From assembly GCA_964355175.1 (NCBI GenBank), contig CAYHBZ010000001.1, forward strand, positions 445-64,444: DNA of 64,000 nt, in the 5' to 3' direction. The notes beneath the pieces were generated by a model, which did not search any database, was not told where the DNA came from, and saw only the letters and a program-made list of their open reading frames with translations. The stretch is from an uncultured Gammaproteobacteria bacterium (GTDB taxonomy: Bacteria > Patescibacteriota > Patescibacteriia > Magasanikbacterales > GWA2-37-8). This document shows positions 57,490-64,000 of this stretch, one piece after another. Numbering within the stretch: the stretch's first letter is position 1; each line of letters starts with the position of its first letter. Position numbers and translations under genes: made by a program.

Positions 57490-58200
57490 ATGATATACTC
57501 TTTTAAAAAATTGACGGACCTGCAAAGGAAAATATGTCTTAAAACCATTAGCCCAAAAGCGATATATGCTATAGTCGGCGATGCAATAATAAACCGTAAA
57601 AGCATCTCTATAGTTAGAATGGGTGATGGAGAGTGTAAAATATTAAGTGCAGACAAAGCTAAGCCATTTACGGATTTTAATCATACGCACAAAGATTGGA
57701 ATAAAAGGTTGGGCATCGAAGGCATTTCCATTGATGTTTTACAAAAAAATATTCTAGAAGCCGGAAACAAATGTACTTACTTCGCACCCTCGATTTCTGG
57801 TGTTTTTATACCTGAATATCATTTATATAATTTTTTTAAACCACGCCCGTATTATTTTGATAATTTTTATGTAAACGACTGGACTACGGGGATGATCAAA
57901 ATGCTTTTAGAGGCCAGTGACGGTATTTTTATTATACATAGAGATTATAAAAAAATTATTAGTAATTTTAAAAAAAATATAATTTGCGACAAAAAAATAA
58001 AGTTTGACGGCTTTCCTAAAAACAATTGGGATGATAATGATCAAGCGATTGATATGGCAGTTAAATCCGGTATGCAGTTAATTCTTTTTAGTGGTGGCCC
58101 TAGCGGAAAAGTCATTGGACCAGAAATTGCAAAGGCTAAGAATAAAATAGTGTTGGATGTTGGAAACACATTGATGTCTTGGAGTATAAAAGCAAGCTGA
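57490..58200 (+). CDS. GT-D fold-like putative glycosyltransferase
   Basis: SIVRMGDGE and LFSGGPSGKV..IVLDVG motifs. Confidence 0.65.
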   Translation: MIYSFKKLTDLQRKICLKTISPKAIYAIVGDAIINRKSISIVRMGDGECKILSADKAKPFTDFNHTHKDWNKRLGIEGISIDVLQKNILEAGNKCTYFAPSISGVFIPEYHLYNFFKPRPYYFDNFYVNDWTTGMIKMLLEASDGIFIIHRDYKKIISNFKKNIICDKKIKFDGFPKNNWDDNDQAIDMAVKSGMQLILFSGGPSGKVIGPEIAKAKNKIVLDVGNTLMSWSIKAS

Positions 58201-58251
58201 TTAATGATATACTTAGATAATAAAATAAAATTTGAAACACTTTTTTAAAGT

Positions 58252-59568
58252 ATGCTTACTGGATTATTTACAAAATTAGTATTGTCGATTATTTTTGGCG
58301 CAATCATCGGTTTGGAGCGTGAGGGGAGTAAACAGGGCGCCGGAGCTATTGGTGGGATGCGGACATATTCTTTGTTTGCTTTGATGGGCGCTTTGACCGG
58401 CGTATTTTTTATCCATAATTTTTCTTCTCTAGCGCTTTTGGTAGTTGGAGGGTTTTTAGTTTTATTGATTTCTTATTACATCGTTGGTTCTTCGGCCACT
58501 CATGATTTTGGTATGACCAGTGAACTGTCAGCTATAATCACTTATTTGATTGGTTTGTTATTGATGTTGGATATCATACCTTTGCAAATTACTGTCGCCA
58601 TTTTTGTCATACTAATGCTTATTTTGTCTATGAAATCTAAGACTGGCCAAATCGTGGCCGGTGTTTCTAGGCAAGAATTACAATCATTTATTAGCTACGC
58701 TATTATCGCGCTGGTGGTCTTGCCGTTTTTACCTGATGTTGCTTACAAATTAAATGATCTCCCTATCTTACCAACAATTTTACAAGGCTTAAATGTGGAT
58801 TTGGGTCAGTTTAATACTTTAGATTTAATTAATCCCAGAAAAATTTGGATGGTGGTGGTGCTGATTACCGGCATTGATGTTTTTGGATATATTTTAGGCA
58901 GGATCGTTGGAAACAAAAAAGGTTTTGCGTTGACCAGTTTTATTGCCGGTTTTATTTCTTCCACCTCTGCTACTCAATCTTTGGCGCAAAAGAGCAAAAA
59001 AACCGGTTTTGTTAATCATCTAGTTGGGGCCGCAGTTTTAGCCAACATGGCCAGTTTTTTACAAATATTTTTATTAGTCGGCCCGCTTAATCCCAAGTGG
59101 CTTATTTCAATTGCGCCCAGTATTCTAATCATGATTTTTACCGCCGGTTTGAGTGCTATGATTTTTTTGAGGAAGAAAGAACCTGAGAAACAAGAAGAAA
59201 AGGAGCAGACAAAAACCGAAAAAATATTTTCTCTCATGCCAGCTCTAAAGTTTGCTGGTATTTTAATTGTTATTAAAATTGTGACAAAAGTTTGTTTAAT
59301 TTTATTCGGAGAATCCGGCTTTGTGATCAGCTCGGTTATCGCTTCTTTTGCCGGGATAGACGCAATTTTGGTCAACTTGGCGGAAATGGCCGGTCAGACT
59401 ATTACCTTTAAATTTGCTTTTATCACTTTCTTGCTGGTTAATGCCACTAATTTGTTAAGTAAAGTAGTTTATTCTTTTTTACAGGGAGATCGACGTTTTG
59501 CTCTTAAATTTTTGGTGGCGGCTGTGTTTATTGTAGCGGCTAGTTCAGTTTGGTTATTTTTTATATAA
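58252..59568 (+). CDS. MgtC/SapB + DUF4010 membrane protein
   Basis: GAIIGLERE..GMRTY, GMTSE, LPFLP, GFISSTSAT. Confidence 0.9.
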   Translation: MLTGLFTKLVLSIIFGAIIGLEREGSKQGAGAIGGMRTYSLFALMGALTGVFFIHNFSSLALLVVGGFLVLLISYYIVGSSATHDFGMTSELSAIITYLIGLLLMLDIIPLQITVAIFVILMLILSMKSKTGQIVAGVSRQELQSFISYAIIALVVLPFLPDVAYKLNDLPILPTILQGLNVDLGQFNTLDLINPRKIWMVVVLITGIDVFGYILGRIVGNKKGFALTSFIAGFISSTSATQSLAQKSKKTGFVNHLVGAAVLANMASFLQIFLLVGPLNPKWLISIAPSILIMIFTAGLSAMIFLRKKEPEKQEEKEQTKTEKIFSLMPALKFAGILIVIKIVTKVCLILFGESGFVISSVIASFAGIDAILVNLAEMAGQTITFKFAFITFLLVNATNLLSKVVYSFLQGDRRFALKFLVAAVFIVAASSVWLFFI

Positions 59569-59586
59569 TGAGAAAAATTATCATTT

Positions 59587-59838
59587 ATGACCAAAAAAGA
59601 AATTTCTTCGAGTATATTGCACAAATTGCCAACTGATTTACGAAAAGTTCTTAGTTCTGCTCCCAAGGCACTATCAGCTTGGGAGGGTATTACGCCCATC
59701 GCGCGCAATGAATGGATATGTTGGATTGAATCCGCCAAGAAACCGGAAACCAGGAGTCACCGGATCGATAGGACTCGTACGGAGCTTATGTCCGGAAAGC
59801 GTCGCCCTTGTTGCTGGCCAGGTTGTGACCATCGTTAA
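59587..59838 (+). CDS. YdeI/OmpD-associated family protein
   Basis: LPTDL..TPIARNEWICWIESAKKPETR..RPCCWPGC. Confidence 0.9.
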   Translation: MTKKEISSSILHKLPTDLRKVLSSAPKALSAWEGITPIARNEWICWIESAKKPETRSHRIDRTRTELMSGKRRPCCWPGCDHR

Positions 59839-59867
59839 AATAAAAATTTCTAAGTTACATTTTAATT

Positions 59868-60296
59868 ATGTTTCATTCCATATTCAATTTTTTTGATAAG
59901 TTAGAAGATAAAGTTCGTGGGCGTTTGAGTCGTAGGCCGATTCTTTATGCGTTTGTGGGCGGTTTCGCCATCGTAATGTTTTGGCGTGGCATATGGCATG
60001 GTATGGATTATTTTATTCAATATTATTTTCATGAGTTTCCTTGGTGGGATGGTCCGCTTTCATTTTTAATTGGCACATGTGTCTTATTGATTTCGGGAAT
60101 TTTTGTGTCCACTGAAATTGGTAACGAGGTTATTATCTCCGGATTACGCGGACAAAAAAAGATTATTGAAAAAACGAAAGAAGAAATTGAGAGTGAGATG
60201 CTTTCATTTGCGGATATTCAAAAAGATTTAAAAGAATTATCGCTTCAATTAAAAAATGGCCAGCAGAAGGATAAAAAGCGTGCCAGATCAAAATAA
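59868..60296 (+). CDS. Conserved-type two-TM hypothetical membrane protein
   Basis: FDKLEDKVR..FWRGIWH..GNEVIISG. Confidence 0.7.
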   Translation: MFHSIFNFFDKLEDKVRGRLSRRPILYAFVGGFAIVMFWRGIWHGMDYFIQYYFHEFPWWDGPLSFLIGTCVLLISGIFVSTEIGNEVIISGLRGQKKIIEKTKEEIESEMLSFADIQKDLKELSLQLKNGQQKDKKRARSK

Positions 60297-60370
60297 CCAT
60301 ATTTGAAATAACACCCTCGGTCATTTGACAGGGGGTGTTTTCTATTTCTCAATAAATAAGGGAGTCAAAT

Positions 60371-61021
60371 TTAAAACCAAGGAATTCCGTCTGCTGGTTT
60401 AGTAAATAACAAAGCTTTTCTGCCAGCCCTATAGTTTATTTGATCTAGATCATGGATAGCCTTCATAAAAACATCATATTTAAATCGTATCCCTTTGCCA
60501 TTTTTAAAAGCCGGATCATTTACAATAAATTCATTAGTCTTATCATCATACCCGGTAATTACCATCACATGATAGTCTGGACCGCCTTCAGCATAGTGTA
60601 AAGCCGGAGCAAATACCGGCGCGATGATAGGTTGATTTTTGGCAAGCTGTTTTTTTATATCTTCTATAGACGGATTTTCTACTACTTCTGTTTTCCACGG
60701 AAATCCTAATAGCGCGATCAACTCTGAAATTTTCTCTAGTGACTCATCCGCGCTGACTTTGAATTCTTTATTTTTAGCAGCGATTATTTCTTTAATATGC
60801 TTGATGGCCTGATCGCGTTTAATAGTATCATCAGTATAAAAGCTACTAACCATATAAATTGAAGTTTCTTCGCAAGCATTTTTCCACGGCTCAGACCAAT
60901 TGCCGGTAGGCGCTTGGGAAGTAAATGGCACATCGATATTGGTGGAAGAGGGGAATTTACCACAACCAACCATCATAGTGGTCGTAAAAAAAAGTAAAAA
61001 AGAAAACAATAATTTTTTCAT
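60371..61021 (-). CDS. Lipoprotein, C39-like cysteine peptidase
   Basis: Lipobox MVGC, VPFTSQAP..NACEE, YHVMVITGYD, VNDP. Confidence 0.85.
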   Translation of the reverse strand: MKKLLFSFLLFFTTTMMVGCGKFPSSTNIDVPFTSQAPTGNWSEPWKNACEETSIYMVSSFYTDDTIKRDQAIKHIKEIIAAKNKEFKVSADESLEKISELIALLGFPWKTEVVENPSIEDIKKQLAKNQPIIAPVFAPALHYAEGGPDYHVMVITGYDDKTNEFIVNDPAFKNGKGIRFKYDVFMKAIHDLDQINYRAGRKALLFTKPADGIPWF

Positions 61022-61154
61022 AGGATGAGTAAATTAATTTTATATCTCCAGATAGGTCGCATAATAACTGTAGCACCTTTTATTAGAAGTGTCATTTTTG
61101 CGTCCTTGTATCTATTTTGCTATACTATATATGTTATTTATTAACCAACCTAAT

Positions 61155-61712
61155 ATGAACAAAAACATGAGATTAGGCCTGATTATTGTGGCGGTGTTGT
61201 TACTTATTAGCGGGGGAGGATATTTAATTTATAAAAATTTCAACAAAGCCCCAAAAATTATTTTGGTAAATAATTTTGAAGAATGTCTCGCCGCCGGCAG
61301 TGCGGTGATGGAGTCATATCCGCGTCAGTGTCGATATAACGGCGTTACTTTTACTGAAAATATAGGAAATGAGCTTAAGAAAGCGAATCTTATTCGCCTG
61401 AACAGTCCGCGCCCAAATCAAACAATACAAAGCCCTGTTCTTATCACCGGAGAAGCGCGCGGTGTATGGTTTTTTGAAGCCAGCTTTCCTGTCTTTCTGA
61501 CAAATTGGGACGGTTTAATAATCGCGCAAGGTATCGCCACGGCCAAAGGTGATTGGATGACAAATAATTTTGTGCCATTTGAAGCAACTCTCACATTTAT
61601 AGCGGATAAAAATGTTTATAGTAATAGAGGGACACTAATATTGCGTAAAGATAATCCTTCTGGACTTCCTCAAAATGATGACGCACTCGAAATTCCAGTG
61701 ATAATACAATAA
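61155..61712 (+). CDS. Gmad2 immunoglobulin-like domain membrane protein
   Basis: TM, FEECLAAG..MESYPRQC, GEARGVWFFEASFP, DNPSGLP; likely ATG at 61155. Confidence 0.8.
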   Translation: MNKNMRLGLIIVAVLLLISGGGYLIYKNFNKAPKIILVNNFEECLAAGSAVMESYPRQCRYNGVTFTENIGNELKKANLIRLNSPRPNQTIQSPVLITGEARGVWFFEASFPVFLTNWDGLIIAQGIATAKGDWMTNNFVPFEATLTFIADKNVYSNRGTLILRKDNPSGLPQNDDALEIPVIIQ

Positions 61713-61769
61713 TAGATAGTACAATAAAAAAATAATGGTTTTTGAAAACCATTATTTTTTTATATCTGA

Positions 61770-61994
61770 TTAGTTGCCAGTTTGAGCAGAAGGCTGTGTG
61801 CCGCCAATTGGAGGGGTGTTTATTTCCACTTTCGTATCGGATTGTTGGTTTGGTGTTTGTTGTTGGCCGTTTTTTTGCAGAGAGGGGAGTACATAAACAA
61901 AGAAAACAATTGCCAGCCCCACCAATATAATAATAGCTACCATGGCGACCACGCTAGTGCTGTTATCGCCACTTGAATTTCCGTTTGACATCAT
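61770..61994 (-). CDS. Small single-TM protein
   Basis: 74 aa, one TM helix, Q/T/P-rich tail. Confidence 0.7.
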   Translation of the reverse strand: MMSNGNSSGDNSTSVVAMVAIIILVGLAIVFFVYVLPSLQKNGQQQTPNQQSDTKVEINTPPIGGTQPSAQTGN

Positions 61995-62012
61995 ATAATT
62001 TATCTTAATAAT

Positions 62013-62261
62013 TTATTTTGCTATCGCTTTGACGATAGCGATTAGAATTACCGCTCCGATCAACGCCACCAAGAAGCTGTATAGATTGAAGCCGGTAACA
62101 GAATATTGCCCAAAGAAACTCATGAGGGCACCGCCGATCACGGCTCCGATTATACCGACCACGATATTAAGTACCAAACCCTGTGAGGCATCGGTCTTCA
62201 TAATCAGCGAGGCGATCCACCCTACTAATCCACCAAAAATTATCCATAGTATAATACCCAT
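62013..62261 (-). CDS. GlsB/YeaQ/YmgE (transglycosylase-associated) stress membrane protein
   Basis: MGIILWIIFGGLVGWIAS..NIVVGIIGAVIGG..VALIGAVIL; ATG at 62261. Confidence 0.92.
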   Translation of the reverse strand: MGIILWIIFGGLVGWIASLIMKTDASQGLVLNIVVGIIGAVIGGALMSFFGQYSVTGFNLYSFLVALIGAVILIAIVKAIAK

Positions 62262-62449
62262 ATAATTCAATTTAAGAAAAAAACTGGCCAAAGAAATGGT
62301 CAGTTTTAAATTTTGTAATTTTTCACTTTTTAAATTTATTGAGCAGGTTTGAAGTTTTATTGCCGCTTGTGCGGTTTGCTCTGCGGGCTTTATGTCGTAA
62401 GCTCTGGCCAAGCAACATAGATACCCGTCATTGCTAGTTTAAAAATGAT

Positions 62450-62560
62450 CTAAGAGCGAGTTCCGTCATCACGCTCGTCCTGACTGCCACCCTGCTGACC
62501 GCCTTGTCCACCACCCTGATCGCCGTTGCCGCCTGGAACGTTGATATTTGGAATGTACAT
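62450..62560 (-). CDS. Putative 36-aa Gly/Gln-rich peptide
   Basis: Manual translation MYIPNINVPGGNGDQGGGQGGQQGGSQDERDDGTRS*. Confidence 0.45.
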   Translation of the reverse strand: MYIPNINVPGGNGDQGGGQGGQQGGSQDERDDGTRS

Positions 62561-62976
62561 ATAATTATAATTTAATAATTAAATTAGGCTGTACTTCGAT
62601 CCAAAGGGTATCGTGGCAATGATCGACCACCATTTAAGAATAATGGCAATGCACGCGATAGGTTGGTTTAAGCACAGGAGAAAATTTATATTGAGTAAAA
62701 CTTTCTCCTGTGCTTGAATGTATATTTTAAAAGAATAACCAGGCACCTATTTACTGTAGTCCTATAAAAAATTAGTGTCAAAGAAAAGGTGGATAACTTA
62801 AAAAAACCATTAATTTAAAACAAAAATAATAATTGATATTTTTAAAATTTAATCAAAATTATTTTTTAATAAAAAATAATTTTTGCTCATTTAGCATGTA
62901 TTCTATCCAAATAAGCAGGGATATGGTAGAGTATAAGAAGACTTTTTAAGCAGTCATATTGGTGATACGCGTTTGT

Positions 62977-64000
62977 ATGAATGAAATTTTTATTGAAATT
63001 ATTTTGATCCTAGCTCTTATTTTATTGAATGGATATTTTTCTCTTGCCGAAATAGCCCTGCTTAGCGTAAAGAAAAGTCGTTTAAAACAACTTTCTAAAT
63101 TGGGAAATAAAAAAGCTGATAACGCTTTATTTCTTATCAGAAGATCGTCGGAAATGTTGTCGGCTATTCAGATAGGAATTAGCATGATTGGAATTTTTGC
63201 TGGTGCGTTTGGTGCCGCTACGCTCGCGCAAGATTTGGCCAAACCGCTCATTAAATTTCCTTCTATCGCCGAGTATAGCGAGCCCATAAGTGTGGTAGTG
63301 ATAATAATAATTATAACTTTTCTTTCTTTAGTGATTGGCGAATTGGTTCCCAAACAAATAGCCTTGTCCAACCCGGAAAAACTTTCTTTATTGGTGGCTA
63401 ATCAAATAAAATTTATTATGGTCTCCACCACGCCGTTGGTAAAAATTTTGAGTAGATCTACCGACGCAATTTTAAAAATGTTAAAAATTAAACCCGGCAC
63501 GGAACAGCCAGTAACTGAAGAAGAGATCAGACTGCTAATAGCCGAAGGCGCTGACAGCGGGGTATTTGAAAGATCTGAACAAAGAATGGTGGAAAGTATT
63601 TTTCATCTCGGTAATCGTCCGATAAAAGATTTTATGACCGCCCGCAAAGAAGTAAAGTGGATTGATATTCATGATTCACCGGAGGCGGTGCGTGATAAAA
63701 TAGCCGGTAGTGACCGCTCTGTTTTTCCGGTTTGCGACGGGAATATTGATAATAATATCGGCGCGGTAGAAACCAAAGATTTATTGGTTCATATATTTGA
63801 TAACGGCGCCGAAAATTTTGATCTCAAATCTCTAGTTCAACCAGTAATGCATATAAATTCCGAGGTGCCATCGCTTATAGCTATAGAGCGTCTCAAACGC
63901 TCGTCCATTAGCATTGTCTTAATAACCGAAAAAGGTTCAGACAAGGTCGTGGGAATTATTAGCTTTCACGATATTCTCGAAGAAATTATCGGAGAGTTTA
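62977..64000 (+). CDS. HlyC/CorC family (DUF21 + CBS) transporter, runs off window edge
   Basis: Manual translation MNEIFIEIILILALILLNGYFSLAEIA..IQIGI..GELVPKQIA..TEEEI..MTAR. Confidence 0.9.
   Translation, partial: MNEIFIEIILILALILLNGYFSLAEIALLSVKKSRLKQLSKLGNKKADNALFLIRRSSEMLSAIQIGISMIGIFAGAFGAATLAQDLAKPLIKFPSIAEYSEPISVVVIIIIITFLSLVIGELVPKQIALSNPEKLSLLVANQIKFIMVSTTPLVKILSRSTDAILKMLKIKPGTEQPVTEEEIRLLIAEGADSGVFERSEQRMVESIFHLGNRPIKDFMTARKEVKWIDIHDSPEAVRDKIAGSDRSVFPVCDGNIDNNIGAVETKDLLVHIFDNGAENFDLKSLVQPVMHINSEVPSLIAIERLKRSSISIVLITEKGSDKVVGIISFHDILEEIIGEF

Noticed and set aside
1-64000. CRISPR array, cas genes, rRNA, reverse transcriptase
   Set aside because: No regularly spaced repeat-spacer array or recognisable motifs were seen by eye
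57490-64000. Extension of the mobile element through the downstream accessory genes
   Set aside because: No third copy of the 39-bp repeat was found; the genes are common envelope/stress families, so the boundary cannot be supported

Overview
64 kb of a low-GC, densely coded bacterial chromosome. The gene content suggests Patescibacteria/CPR (Parcubacteria-like); this is inference from the short HrcA, RpoD with a Lys/Pro-rich N-extension, few Shine-Dalgarno sites, and PilT, PEGA and Gmad2 proteins. About 1-49 kb is mostly housekeeping: a CIRCE/HrcA heat-shock operon with an unusual Nudix-GrpE fusion and an embedded queF, two ECF sigma/anti-sigma/secreted-protein triads, murA/G/E, era, rplI, pyrG, pilT, cca, a MacAB-type ABC exporter, ribB, dnaG-rpoD, ftsEX, a CsoR copper operon, a translin/TRAX-like nuclease and five tRNAs. 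At tRNA-Asn (49234-49305) a ~7 kb integrated element begins. Its large serine recombinase ORF ends inside the tRNA, antisense. It also carries an HUH rolling-circle Rep with a candidate origin, a membrane-anchored DUF559 nuclease behind a switch-like RNA leader, a stand-alone MORC/GHKL ATPase and an Abi-alpha-like protein. Two 39-bp imperfect direct repeats that echo the tRNA-Asn 3' half (56515, 57291) follow and bracket a GC-rich single-gene cassette with a poly-C frameshift. This tRNA-anchored recombinase/Rep/att-repeat arrangement is the best candidate for an undescribed system. Several unexplained structured non-coding elements (33087-33270, 35429-35560, 26070-26166) also occur.
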